From: a virus
Reading direction: 5' to 3' (one strand)
DNA length: 64,000 bases
IMG/VR virus record: IMGVR_UViG_3300032053_000011
Coordinates: 73,515 to 137,514 of that record
Part shown: one piece after another, positions 29,216 to 39,130 of the stretch
How positions within the stretch are numbered: position 1 is the stretch's first letter
Layout of the letters: every line of letters begins with the position of its first letter
Position numbers and translations under genes: made by a program
Notes under the pieces: generated by a model
Seen by the model: the letters and a program-made list of their open reading frames with translations, nothing else
Databases searched by the model: none
Told to the model about the DNA's origin: nothing

Positions 29216-29245
29216 GGTATATATGCACGGGCCGTGCGGTGTCAA
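29216..29245 (-). promoter_or_regulatory. Sigma70-type promoter with the palindrome GCACGG-G-CCGTGC
   Basis: TTGACA followed by the palindrome and an AT-rich TATATACC -10 region on the minus strand. Confidence 0.65.
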
Positions 29246-29336
29246 GCGAGTCGAACGCTTTTCTCGTTCACCCCATGAACACGCAAGGCGCCTGGGCGGT
29301 CTTGCGCCGCGCGGGCGGGCGACCTACCAACGTCCG

Positions 29337-29669
29337 ATGAATCGCCGCCAGCGTCGAAAGAACGCACTGGGCGAGTTCGTCCAGTTCGGGTTCTCCGTCG
29401 ACGGCTCGTTCGTTTCCGATGGGCTACGTGACACAGAGCCGTTCTGCGATGCGCTGATCGCTTTCGTGGAGAGCCGCGGACTCAGCTACGGTGGCAGCAT
29501 CGACGCCTTCGGGATGGAGGGGTTCGTCGAGCGCTGGCGTCGGAACGAGCGTGGTCGTTGGAGCACGGTCACCAGCACCGATGCCGATCGCGCTTTGGTC
29601 GGGCGCTGGTTGTGTGCTAGACAAGAGATAGCCAGCGTCGCTGTGGGTCCGCTGCGCGTGATCCGGTGA
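29337..29669 (+). CDS. yggL: YggL/DUF469-like ribosome-associated protein
   Basis: MNRRQRRK..LGEFVQFGF...FVE...L.YGG...EGFV...TDADR..V..WL. Confidence 0.7.
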   Translation: MNRRQRRKNALGEFVQFGFSVDGSFVSDGLRDTEPFCDALIAFVESRGLSYGGSIDAFGMEGFVERWRRNERGRWSTVTSTDADRALVGRWLCARQEIASVAVGPLRVIR

Positions 29670-29693
29670 ACCACTGAGCTCGAGGTTCGGTCC

Positions 29694-30488
29694 ATGAAGA
29701 TCAAAGAGAAGGTCCGCAAGCGCATCGTCCGCACCGTGGTGAAGGACATCCTCTGCAACCTATGCGGGGAGAGCTGCATGAAAACGCAGCATGAAGGGAC
29801 GCCGCAGGCGCGTCAGTATCTGACGGGAGGATCCACAGTGGTGGACGGCGGCTACGAGAGTGCCTTCCCGCCGGACTATCACCGGTGGCGATTCGATCTG
29901 TGCGAGTCCTGCCTCGGTTTCCTCGTCTCGCGTTTCAAGATCCAGCCGACAGATTGCGACATGACTAACGCGGTGTTCCGCGGCGGGAAACCGGAAGCCA
30001 TCGAAGACTATCACCCGACACGCGACATGCTCGCGAACGGGACGATCCACGACGCCGAGACGACGATCGGGGACCGCACTTTCGGCGCTACGCCAGACTG
30101 GATCAGAATCGCATACGCCAGGGCCATGGCGAAGGGCGCGCTGATCACCGGCGATAGCGTGGCGCAGCGCGCGGCCGATGCCGCCAACGCGGTGAGCGAC
30201 GAACTCGAGCGGCAGCGTGGAGCGCATCGTGGTGAGTGCTGGGCGACACACGAGGCGTTGAGCGCCATCGGCTGCCCAGGATCTGGCTCGGTGCTGGAGC
30301 GCGTTCAATTGCTTCGCGCCGAGACGGTCGATGAGAGGCTGGTCGGCCAACTCCGCCAGCTCCACGACGTTCTCGAGAAGATCTTCGAGACCGAGATGAA
30401 GCTTCTCTCGCCGACGTCTATCGATCGACATGCGGTCGCGGTGGCGCTCGACGATGCCAGGGCATACCTCGAGGAGCGCGCGAAGTAA
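29694..30488 (+). CDS. Hypothetical protein with CxxC motifs
   Basis: GAGG RBS; CNLC...DLCESC. Confidence 0.6.
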   Translation: MKIKEKVRKRIVRTVVKDILCNLCGESCMKTQHEGTPQARQYLTGGSTVVDGGYESAFPPDYHRWRFDLCESCLGFLVSRFKIQPTDCDMTNAVFRGGKPEAIEDYHPTRDMLANGTIHDAETTIGDRTFGATPDWIRIAYARAMAKGALITGDSVAQRAADAANAVSDELERQRGAHRGECWATHEALSAIGCPGSGSVLERVQLLRAETVDERLVGQLRQLHDVLEKIFETEMKLLSPTSIDRHAVAVALDDARAYLEERAK

Positions 30489-31312
30489 CGGCCGCGCGAC
30501 TTTCGCGCGGAGACAAGGGAAAGACGACATGGCGATCGAAGGATTGGAACGGATGTTCGGCGAGCTTCTCGGCGTGATTGGATCGGCCGACGAGACGGCC
30601 GTCTACGTGCGTGCGATCCGACGCGCATCCATCGAGGGAGCGAAGGCATTCGCAGCGTCTCTCGAGAGCTACGACGCGGCGGAAGTGAAGAGCCTCGAGA
30701 AACCAGCGCAGGTCGCGTTGCCACCGGGCGCCGAGCGTTGATCTGTGCGCATGCTGCGCAGAGTGCGTTCGTGATCGAGCTCCGCCAGTGCGAGGCGATG
30801 GACTGGGTCCCGACCGAGGACGACGCGGAGTACCTGCGCTGCCCGAGGGATGGCGCGGTGATTGAAGAGCGGGATGAGTTCGGCCATGTCCGGCATCGAT
30901 CCGTGTGTGTGGATCACGGTCTCGATCTGTGCAGTGCGATTCTCGCGGATGTGTCCGATGGGTAGATACGAAGTCAGTGGTGTTGGGCTGGAAGACGAAT
31001 GAGCGCTGCGCATGAGCATGCTGCATGGCTGACGCTCGTGCAGGTCATCGTGTGCGATGCGATCGAGGATGTCGTCGTCATTCACTCCTCGGCGCGGACC
31101 ACGAGTGATGCGGTGAGACTGTGGATTGGGCGCGTCGATACACACCACACGGCATGGTTCGACGTGTCGGTGAACGGCGAGATCACGGCGACGACGCGCG
31201 GCAACGGTGCCCGCCGTATGCTGGATGACGTCAGCATCGACGACATTGGCATCGAGTCGGCTCGACTGCTCGCATGGGTCCAGCGTGGAACTGCCGTCTG
31301 ACGTTCAGCCGG

Positions 31313-31966
31313 TCATCGCCGAGACTGCGCAGCGACAACGCCGGGCAGAAGTTCGTTCAGACGCAACCACTCACGCTGGAGCGGCGTCGGATACCAATAC
31401 TGCTCACGTTCCTCGCCGAAGCGTGGATCGTAACGAGTGCCCTCGGGCGAGTCGCGGAACCGCTCCTCGGCCTCGCTCCAAGAGACGTAGCGTCGGATCT
31501 GGTCCTCGTTGAGGACGTGATCGCCCTCGGCTGACAACTCAGCGAAGAATCCGTACTCAGCATCCCGAGCATCCCGAAGCTTCCATGGATCGTCGACGTC
31601 AGGGCGAACGATCTCGAGCAGTCGTGGCGGTTCGGTCGCGATCGTATCGGCGAGGAGTCGTCGCCATGTTCGCTCGATCGAAGATCCGAATGCATACCCA
31701 GGCGTCTCGAAGTCGAGCGCACGGCGGCCGGTCTTCGTGAGGATGGCAATGGCCTCGCCGCGGGCGATGATGTCGGCGGCCATCTCCATCGCCTCGGGTG
31801 CGATTCCGATCGCGACGACGGACTGAACGAGGCGATACACGCCTGGATCCGCGATTTCGTACGGCCGTGGCGGCGTCTTGTCGAAGTCGATCGCGTACGG
31901 AGCATTGAACGTCGGCCGCAGGCTCTCCATGGTGACGGCAACCCAGAGTGGATACGGCGCGGTCAT
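31313..31966 (-). CDS. Hypothetical protein
   Basis: ATGA-coupled start MTAPYPLW. Confidence 0.55.
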   Translation of the reverse strand: MTAPYPLWVAVTMESLRPTFNAPYAIDFDKTPPRPYEIADPGVYRLVQSVVAIGIAPEAMEMAADIIARGEAIAILTKTGRRALDFETPGYAFGSSIERTWRRLLADTIATEPPRLLEIVRPDVDDPWKLRDARDAEYGFFAELSAEGDHVLNEDQIRRYVSWSEAEERFRDSPEGTRYDPRFGEEREQYWYPTPLQREWLRLNELLPGVVAAQSRR

Positions 31967-32328
31967 CGTTGTGTCCGACGGTACTGCGCCGCGCGTTGCG
32001 CCGCGAGCGCGACGCCCGGCAGAGCCACGTTCAGCGAGAGCCACTTGTCCTGAACCGTGATCGGCGGTGACATCGGGATATACGTGGTGGCGAGCCAGAG
32101 AAGGATGCCGACCACTACGAGGACCTGGATGATCTGACCGAAGATGCCGAGGGCCACGAAGATTCCGAAGACCTGAAGGATCCAGAACACGAGCGCGATC
32201 ACCACGACAGTGACGAGGAGCTGTTTGATCGGTGGGGCCATCGGGACGTATGTGGTCACGAGTCCCAGCAGAAGGCCTGCCAGGACGAGAACAACGATGA
32301 TCGTGCCGATGGCGCCGAGGTGGATCAT
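31963..32328 (-). CDS. Small membrane protein (Thivi_2564-like) with a partial internal duplication
   Basis: IIVVLVLAGLLLGLVTTYVPMAPPI recurs as IIQVLVVVGILLWLATTYIPMSPPI. Confidence 0.65.
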   Translation of the reverse strand: MIHLGAIGTIIVVLVLAGLLLGLVTTYVPMAPPIKQLLVTVVVIALVFWILQVFGIFVALGIFGQIIQVLVVVGILLWLATTYIPMSPPITVQDKWLSLNVALPGVALAAQRAAQYRRTQR

Positions 32329-32448
32329 CGTCCCAGACTGCTCGCTTCCACGCCAGAATGGTAGCGGTGACGGAACCGCCCCGGGCGCGTATCATGCGCG
32401 CGCCGCCGTTGACGCAGACCATACGACCGTGTTCAGCATGGTGTCGCG

Positions 32449-33186
32449 ATGCCCAACCCAATCGTGCACTGGCGCGACATCCTCACGCTCGATTGGCCGC
32501 AGAACCCCAAGCCCTGGATCCTCCTGCCCGAGGGAGAGCGGTTGCCATCGGTCGTGATGTCGGTGGTCTGGGGCACCGTCTCGGAGGCACACGGACGCGC
32601 GCTCGAGTGCGGGATGCTGGTCAGCAGCGCCCGCGCGGCGGCACTCTCCGAACAACTTCAGCTCCTGGCGATCGACCTCTGCGAGAACTGCATGGCGCAT
32701 CGGTATTGCGTGCGGCTACTCCAGCGCGGCGATGAGTTCCGACGCCGGACGCTTCTTGCGGGAATGACCCGACCCGGCACCAGCGCCACCTGGGTGGGCG
32801 ACCACGATCGCTTCATGCGCTTCGCGACAGCCCCGGCCGATCCGCCGCCTCCTCCATGGCGCACCGGCTTCGCGGACCCATATGGGTCGATGTGGGATAG
32901 CGGGAGATACGCCGACCGAGTCCGGGAAGCCATGGAGGACATGCATCGGCAGCGGCCACCCGGCCGAGCGATCTCGATACCGGCCGACGAGCGCGAGGTG
33001 CGCAAGGCCGCCAAGACCCTCGGAGTTACCCTCCCCACGACGGTGGATGCAGTTCAAAAGGCCTGGAAGCGAAAGGCGAGACAGCATCACCCGGATTCGC
33101 ATCCCGACGGCAAGGATGGGTCGACAGAGAAAATGGTAGCTGTAAACGTCGCGCGCGACCTATTATTGCGTCACCTCCGCACTTGA
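32449..33186 (+). CDS. J-domain protein (C-terminal J domain)
   Basis: TLGV...VQKAWKRKARQHHPD...MVAVNVARDLL. Confidence 0.8.
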   Translation: MPNPIVHWRDILTLDWPQNPKPWILLPEGERLPSVVMSVVWGTVSEAHGRALECGMLVSSARAAALSEQLQLLAIDLCENCMAHRYCVRLLQRGDEFRRRTLLAGMTRPGTSATWVGDHDRFMRFATAPADPPPPPWRTGFADPYGSMWDSGRYADRVREAMEDMHRQRPPGRAISIPADEREVRKAAKTLGVTLPTTVDAVQKAWKRKARQHHPDSHPDGKDGSTEKMVAVNVARDLLLRHLRT

Positions 33187-33198
33187 AAGGCAAACCCA

Positions 33199-33594
33199 AT
33201 GGGTCTCCTCGATTACGTCCAGAAGTCCGTCCGCGTGGCCCAGGACGTGGCCGCCGCGGCAAAGCTGATCGCCGGAGCCGCCCCCGCGATGAAGTCAGCG
33301 ATGGCGGACGTCGAGCAGGCTGCGAATCTGTTCCGCGGCGAGGCGCGCGTCGATCCGACCGCTGGCGGCGTCACCGATGGGATGAACTACCCGCCCGAAG
33401 TGCTCCACGCGGCAGGCGTCCTGGGGCTCTCCCTGCCTGCTACGCGAGCCGATGTCGACGCTGCCTACAAGAAAGCAGCGAGGCTCGCACACCCCGATCG
33501 TCTGAACGGCGACACTGCCGCGATGGTGCGCGTAAATCGCGCAAAAGGAACGATGGTTCGCTATCTGGCACCTGTATCGGCTGCGCCGCGCTGA
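33199..33594 (+). CDS. J-domain protein
   Basis: VLGL...VDAAYKKAARLAHPDR..GD...MVRVNRA. Confidence 0.8.
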   Translation: MGLLDYVQKSVRVAQDVAAAAKLIAGAAPAMKSAMADVEQAANLFRGEARVDPTAGGVTDGMNYPPEVLHAAGVLGLSLPATRADVDAAYKKAARLAHPDRLNGDTAAMVRVNRAKGTMVRYLAPVSAAPR

Positions 33595-33661
33595 TACAGG
33601 CTGTCGATACATCCACACGTTTTCCACACCTCGTTTCGGCGCCGCGTGTTACCTTTGAGGC

Positions 33662-34648
33662 ATGGGTGCTGACGCCGCCGCCTCCAGCTCTGCTGCTCCT
33701 GCATTCATGCCGCTGTTCCCCGAGGTTCCGGTCGACGCGTGCGCGTTCATCGAACTGTTCGGGATCTCGACGCGCGGCAAAGGCGAGGAGGACCTGTGGC
33801 TGATCGACAAGATCAAGCCCGCCTCCATCGAGCAGGACATCACCGATCAGTATGGAGGTGGCCGCTTTCAGCTCGGCGCCGTCGCCCCTGATGCCGCCGC
33901 GGGCGGCAAGAAGCGTTACGTGATGGAGCGGCAGCTCGCGCTGGTAGGCGAGGAGCGCTGGCGCTCGCTGGTACCGCAACTCCGCGAAGAATCAGAGAGA
34001 AAGGCGCGAGAAGCCAACATGAGCCGAGGATATCAGCCGCCCGCACCGGGAGCCCCCGCCGCAGGGTATCCCCCAGGTTACCCGCAGCAGGCCGGTGGCT
34101 ATCCACCGGCGGGCTACGGTCCGCCGGGGTATCCGCCCGGCGGCTATCCACCGGCGGGCTATCCGCCCGCGGGGTATCCACCTGCCGGATACGGCGGCGG
34201 ACAGGCCGCGCCGAACCGCCCGGACGAGTTCGAACGGACGCTGAACAATACGAAGGCGCTCACCACCCTGATTCAGGGTTCCGGGTCGCAGCACACCAGC
34301 AACGACCAATCACAGATCCAGTGGCTTCAGGGAGAACTGAACCGCAAGAACGGCGAGATCGAACAGATCCGTGGGACGCACCGTGATCAGTTGGCCCAGC
34401 GCGATGCCGAGGTCTTCAAGCTGCGCAACGACTTCCTCACCCTCCAGGGCGAGCTGTTCCAGATGCGCGCCGAGCGCGCCGCGGGAGTTCGTCCCGGCGA
34501 AGCGCCGTCGATGGCCGGTCAGGTTGGCGTCGCCGCCGTCCAGGCAATGATCCCCAAGCTCATGGACAACCCCGCCATCGGACGTCTGATCGGCAGCCTC
34601 GCCACCTCGATGGGCGCGCCGCCTGCGGGCACGAGTGGTAGCGGCTGA
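33662..34648 (+). CDS. Protein with GYPP(A/G) low-complexity repeats and a coiled coil
   Basis: GYPPGYPQQAGGYPPAGYGPPGYPPGGYPPAGYPPAGYPPAGY; TG-T-TACCTT 6 nt before the ATG. Confidence 0.7.
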   Translation: MGADAAASSSAAPAFMPLFPEVPVDACAFIELFGISTRGKGEEDLWLIDKIKPASIEQDITDQYGGGRFQLGAVAPDAAAGGKKRYVMERQLALVGEERWRSLVPQLREESERKAREANMSRGYQPPAPGAPAAGYPPGYPQQAGGYPPAGYGPPGYPPGGYPPAGYPPAGYPPAGYGGGQAAPNRPDEFERTLNNTKALTTLIQGSGSQHTSNDQSQIQWLQGELNRKNGEIEQIRGTHRDQLAQRDAEVFKLRNDFLTLQGELFQMRAERAAGVRPGEAPSMAGQVGVAAVQAMIPKLMDNPAIGRLIGSLATSMGAPPAGTSGSG

Positions 34649-34656
34649 GGGCTGAG

Positions 34657-35016
34657 GTGAGTGATCCGCTCGTTCCCGCCACGACTTGGGGCGAGGTCGT
34701 AGGGCGCGTACTGATCAGCACGCGCAATTCGATCTCGATGACCCAGGCCGAGATGGCACGTAGAGTCGGCCTCAGCAAGGGCGCATGGTCGCGGATCGAA
34801 CATGGCTCGAGAGCCTTCAGGATCGACCAACTCGAGAACGCAGCGCGCGCCATGGGCACCACGTCCGATGATATCCTGCGCCTCGCTCGGCTCGTTGCCG
34901 AACATCTCAGAGCGCGGGGCATTCGCGTAGAGACGGCACGCGAACTCACCGTTGGTCGCGTGGGGATCGACGGCAGTGCCCTCGCGACGCTGGCCGATCA
35001 AGTCATGAACTCGTAG
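34657..35016 (+). CDS. XRE-family HTH regulator
   Basis: MTQAEMARRVGLSKGAWSRIEHG. Confidence 0.8.
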   Translation: MSDPLVPATTWGEVVGRVLISTRNSISMTQAEMARRVGLSKGAWSRIEHGSRAFRIDQLENAARAMGTTSDDILRLARLVAEHLRARGIRVETARELTVGRVGIDGSALATLADQVMNS

Positions 35017-35550
35017 CAGTGGTTGACGCCGATGCGCTAGGACGGCATTGTACTCGTACGAGCGGGGGGTGGAGTCATCCTGCCGGTCTCATAAGCCGGA
35101 CAACTGGGCGCGACTCCCAGGCTCGGAACCACACACCCAGAACGCCTCGGCATCCAATCGATGCCGAGGCGTTCTGCTTCAGCGCCGATAGCCGGGGCCG
35201 GGATGCTCTGCCGGATTCCACGGAAGAGCGACGCGAGCGGGAGCAGCCGGGTCCAATGCTGGGCCGCTCTTGGCCGACATCGAATACTGGACCGTGTAAC
35301 CCTCCCGCACGAGCTCGCGCGGAGTGATCTGGATCCCGTGCTTCGCGAACTCCGCAATCAACTGATGTGCGAACACCAGCGCATTACGAAGGTCGGGTTC
35401 GCCGATTGGCTCATCTCGATTGGCGCGTCCAATGGCCTCGCAAACCGCGTCGGCGAGTGGCTGAAGGTGTTGAGGGATCATGCCGACAACGGTACCAGGA
35501 CCATGTCTGCGTGGAAACATGATCTGGACCGACTGCTGCCTGCGTTGCGC

Positions 35551-35579
35551 TTGACGCGCGCTAGCACCAAGGCTACGGT
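35551..35579 (+). promoter_or_regulatory. Sigma70-type promoter with a GCTAGC site, upstream of an RHH gene
   Basis: TTGACG-N17-TACGGT, with GCTAGC at 35560-35565. Confidence 0.6.
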
Positions 35580-35589
35580 CCATTCTAAT

Positions 35590-35883
35590 ATGGCGAAATC
35601 ATCGAAGACCCGGACCCCGCCGCGTCGGCCCGCGCGTGTCCTGTTTGTGCGCGTTCCCGAAGAAACACTCGCATGGCTGGACGATCTCGCCGCCGTACGT
35701 GAAACCGCGACGGGATTGCCGGTGAATCGCTCGGACGTGGTACGGCTGTTGATCGGTGAGGCGAAGAAAGCCGCCATGCCGACCGAGTCAGCGGAAACGC
35801 TGGCAGCGCTCTCTTCGGTCTCGAAGAAACCGAAGAGCAAGGTCGCCAAGAATGGCAGCAAGGCTCGTCACGCGACCGGATAG
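35590..35883 (+). CDS. Ribbon-helix-helix DNA-binding protein
   Basis: VLFVRVPEETLAWLDDLA...NRSDVVRLLI; start MAKSSK lies after the promoter. Confidence 0.75.
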   Translation: MAKSSKTRTPPRRPARVLFVRVPEETLAWLDDLAAVRETATGLPVNRSDVVRLLIGEAKKAAMPTESAETLAALSSVSKKPKSKVAKNGSKARHATG

Positions 35884-35895
35884 AGCTGGAATTCC

Positions 35896-36240
35896 ATGGC
35901 CAAGACGCACGTCTCTACGAGGGTGGCTGTGCGAGAAGAGCGGAGGCTCACGAAGCGAGCCCGCGCAATCATGCGGTTGATGGTCGAGCCGAAGGACGGC
36001 GACGATGGCCAGTTGGTTGGCGAGTCAGGCCAGTGGTGGGTCGATCTCGAGCGAACGTCGTGGTCTGTCGTCCGCCAGCTTCTGAAGCTCTGCCTGATCC
36101 GGCTGGAGTACGAAGACAATCGCGGCAACTACCAGCAGTATGCCGCGACGGATGAAGCTCGGAAGATTCTCGACGATCCTAGCTATGTGACGATGATCGA
36201 GCGCGCAAAAGCGACCGGAAAGCCGGTGTACGCGTTCTGA
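35896..36240 (+). CDS. Hypothetical protein
   Basis: In-operon ORF with plausible composition. Confidence 0.6.
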   Translation: MAKTHVSTRVAVREERRLTKRARAIMRLMVEPKDGDDGQLVGESGQWWVDLERTSWSVVRQLLKLCLIRLEYEDNRGNYQQYAATDEARKILDDPSYVTMIERAKATGKPVYAF

Positions 36241-36245
36241 CGTCG

Positions 36246-36725
36246 TCAGTGATGTGGTCCGGGGCCGGGATGCGGACCTGGATGCGGGCCAGGGCCAGGA
36301 CCCGGATGCGGGCCCGGCCCGGGATGTCCGGGATGCAGCGGGAAGTGCGCGGGCCGACCCTGCCAGAAATGATACGGCGCGTACTGCCGGGTGTACGCGT
36401 TGACGAGAAAGGTCTCGCTGCTCGGGTCGGCGAAGTAGAACGGGTGGAGGACGATCGGGTACACCGCATTCGGTGGGATCAGCAGGTCCTCGAGCCCGGT
36501 CACTTCGATCATGAAGCGGTGGGACTCCCAGACGCCGCCGACCTGAGAGACGTTGACCTCGGCCATCTGCCGTCCGCCTTCCGGCGCGAGGATCGTGACG
36601 TCGACGAGCCACCAGCCTGTTCCTTCCACGCCAAAGTGTGAGGACACGAGCTGTCGCACGTCCCGTGCGAAGTCATTCCAGGAGCGCGGCAGCGGATCGG
36701 TGCGGACCGTGATGAAGTCGCTCAT
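36246..36725 (-). CDS. Hypothetical protein with a C-terminal PGPHPG repeat tail
   Basis: Start MSDFITV preceded by TACGAT; ends HPGHPGPGPHPGPGPGPHPGPHPGPGPHH. Confidence 0.65.
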   Translation of the reverse strand: MSDFITVRTDPLPRSWNDFARDVRQLVSSHFGVEGTGWWLVDVTILAPEGGRQMAEVNVSQVGGVWESHRFMIEVTGLEDLLIPPNAVYPIVLHPFYFADPSSETFLVNAYTRQYAPYHFWQGRPAHFPLHPGHPGPGPHPGPGPGPHPGPHPGPGPHH

Positions 36726-36753
36726 CGGCCGATCGTACGCTAGGATGTTCACC

Positions 36754-36945
36754 ATGCTCAAACTTGCTGCTCTGCTCTCCATGCTCGCTCTCAGTGCTTG
36801 TGTGCCGCCCGCGGCCACTCCCGACGTCCTGGACGCCACCGCCGTGGAGGCATCGACGGTCGACGCCTCGGCCGAGGTGACCAGCGACGAGCCCGCGCCG
36901 CGGCCCGACGGCGAGCTGCCGATGGATGCGCGCGTCGACTTCTGA
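36754..36945 (+). CDS. Small lipoprotein
   Basis: MLKLAALLSMLALSA-C lipobox; TAGGAT 7 nt before the ATG. Confidence 0.6.
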   Translation: MLKLAALLSMLALSACVPPAATPDVLDATAVEASTVDASAEVTSDEPAPRPDGELPMDARVDF

Positions 36946-36999
36946 GCGGCACTCTGCACGCAGGGTGACGGCGTCGCCGCGGGCGGCGATACTGCGCAA

Positions 37000-37656
37000 G
37001 TGCCCAAGCTGATCAAATGCCCGGAATGTGGACAGGCGTTGTCCGAACGGCGCATGCACGCTCACCGCGGGCTCCAGTGTCAGGTCGCTTGCGCAGAATC
37101 CAAGGCACGCGCCGAAGGACTCGATCGGCTCGACTCCGAATGGAGTGGCTGGCTGAACGAACTGTACGACACTGGCATGCGAATCGAGCGACGACCGACG
37201 GGTCTACCGGATCTCCATGGCTTCGGCGCCTACGAGCGCGCGGTTGAGGAATGGTGGACCGAGGCTTGGATCGCCAGGATCGCATCCTGGGAAGGGCTGT
37301 ATCAGAACCAGAAGCGGGCTGCGGTTCGGCGTCTCATCGCAGACCCGGCCATGCTTGCCGATGCACGCGCACACATCGGGGCCTGTGCCTCGACCGTATT
37401 TACCGAGCAGGCAACAGTGCACCTGATCTCGGCGACCGGCGCCGAGGTGATGATGAAGGAACAGCCCGGCCTCCGGTGGATTCTGGTGTTCGACGATGAC
37501 GGCCAGATCGTCGACTCTTTCCTTGGTGCACGCATGGGGAAGTACGAGCATGAGGGAAAGTTTCCCCCGTTGCACATCGTGCTCGCAGTGATGCCAGTGA
37601 TTGAACAGTTCGCTCGGTGCAACGCGATGTTCAACTGGCTTGCAGGGACGCGATGA
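37000..37656 (+). CDS. Tandem paralog family member 1 (Zn finger + WTEAW domain)
   Basis: CPEC..H..C; WWTEAWIARIASW; PPLH...IEQFARCNAMFNWLAG. Confidence 0.75.
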   Translation: MPKLIKCPECGQALSERRMHAHRGLQCQVACAESKARAEGLDRLDSEWSGWLNELYDTGMRIERRPTGLPDLHGFGAYERAVEEWWTEAWIARIASWEGLYQNQKRAAVRRLIADPAMLADARAHIGACASTVFTEQATVHLISATGAEVMMKEQPGLRWILVFDDDGQIVDSFLGARMGKYEHEGKFPPLHIVLAVMPVIEQFARCNAMFNWLAGTR

Positions 37657-38438
37657 GCGCGCGCGTACGCTGCGAGGTCTGCGACGTGAACGTCGCATAC
37701 AAAGGCTTGCGAGCGCATGAGCAGACGACCGGGCATCAGGAAGCGGCGCCGTTGTTCCTCGCATCGCGCGCGGCAGAAGCACAGGCACACAATGACGGCC
37801 TCGACCGTCTGATCGATTTCGACTTCGCGCCGTACGACCAGGATGCTTTGTCGACTGCGAGCGCAGGCCATGATCGGCTGACGCCGGTCTTCGATGCCCT
37901 TGGTATTCCAGTTCTCGCGTTGCCAACCGGATTCCATCGCGGCACTCGATACAGCCACCGCTATGACGAGTTGTGGACCGTGTGGTGGGCAGCGAATGTC
38001 GCTAACTGGAAAGAGGTCGAGTTCAAGACGCGTGTCCGCGCGCTCGAGCGTCTTGCGGCCGAGCCGAACCTCCGCGAGTACGTGCGCGACTGGCCCCCCG
38101 TCATCGGCATGAGCGTCCGCCTCGTTGGCCTGGAATTCTCAAGCGGGCACGCCATCGCCGGAACTGCGCGAAGGGCCGGGATGCAAGTCTGGGTCAGCCA
38201 ACCCGGGTCAGCGCATCTGATGATCTTGCTGGATCCGTCGGACAAGTGGACGTCCGTGGAATCCTGGGACCTCACTTTCAGCCCACACGGAGAGATCCTG
38301 GAGTTCCGGTCGAGCCATTGGCCACAGCACGAAGAGATGCCGATGCCGCCGCTGAACGTGATGATCGAAACTCAGGGTGCGATCGAGAAGTTCGCCCGGT
38401 GCAGTGCCACGATCCGTTGGCTGGCAGGTGGCACGTGA
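37653..38438 (+). CDS. Tandem paralog family member 2
   Basis: CEVC-x11-H-x5-H; WTVWWAANVANW; PPL...IEKFARCSATIRWLAG. Confidence 0.75.
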   Translation: MSARVRCEVCDVNVAYKGLRAHEQTTGHQEAAPLFLASRAAEAQAHNDGLDRLIDFDFAPYDQDALSTASAGHDRLTPVFDALGIPVLALPTGFHRGTRYSHRYDELWTVWWAANVANWKEVEFKTRVRALERLAAEPNLREYVRDWPPVIGMSVRLVGLEFSSGHAIAGTARRAGMQVWVSQPGSAHLMILLDPSDKWTSVESWDLTFSPHGEILEFRSSHWPQHEEMPMPPLNVMIETQGAIEKFARCSATIRWLAGGT

Positions 38439-39130
38439 GCGCGACGTACTGCGAGGTCTGTGGCATGAAGGTCGCGCCCCATGGGATGTGGGCTCACAAA
38501 CACACCGCGGAGCATCTGAGGGCCGTGCCAGTGGTGCAGGCAGCTCAGGCTGAGACCGAGAATGCCGCTGCCGCTGGGCTGGTCCGACTATATTACGCCG
38601 CCGAATTCTACGATCATCTCGCTGCAATCGGCGTCCGAACAGAGATGCTACCAACGTCGGTCGAGCACGAATCGGCGCGCGGCAGAGTTCGGCCACTACG
38701 TCAGCCATGGACAGAAGCCTGGGCTGGAGCAATCGCCAATTGGGATGCTGTGGATACCAAGACTCGCAAGCGCGCGCTGGCACGTGTGGCAGCCGATCCA
38801 GCGTTGCGTGCATCCGTGCCCGAGTGTCAGCAGGACGTAGACTTGCCGGGCGCTCGCGTGTCGCTCAAGAGCTTCGAGTGGAATCCTAGCGCGATGGCAA
38901 CAATCTCGACTGAGCGCGAGCACGGACGGATCGCCGGTAGCAGCATGTGGAACCTCTACTTCGATGAAGTCGGACACATCCTGGAGATCACGCGATGTGA
39001 GATCCCGCATCTGCGAATCGCAACGCACGACGCTGCGCCACCATTGCACCTGATGGTTCAGGCAGTGGACATCATCGAGCACTTCGCGCGCTGCAACGCT
39101 GCCATCCGTTGGCTGGCAGGTGCGCCGTGA
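38435..39130 (+). CDS. Tandem paralog family member 3
   Basis: CEVC-x11-H-x5-H; WTEAWAGAIANW; IEHFARCNAAIRWLAG. Confidence 0.75.
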   Translation: MSATYCEVCGMKVAPHGMWAHKHTAEHLRAVPVVQAAQAETENAAAAGLVRLYYAAEFYDHLAAIGVRTEMLPTSVEHESARGRVRPLRQPWTEAWAGAIANWDAVDTKTRKRALARVAADPALRASVPECQQDVDLPGARVSLKSFEWNPSAMATISTEREHGRIAGSSMWNLYFDEVGHILEITRCEIPHLRIATHDAAPPLHLMVQAVDIIEHFARCNAAIRWLAGAP

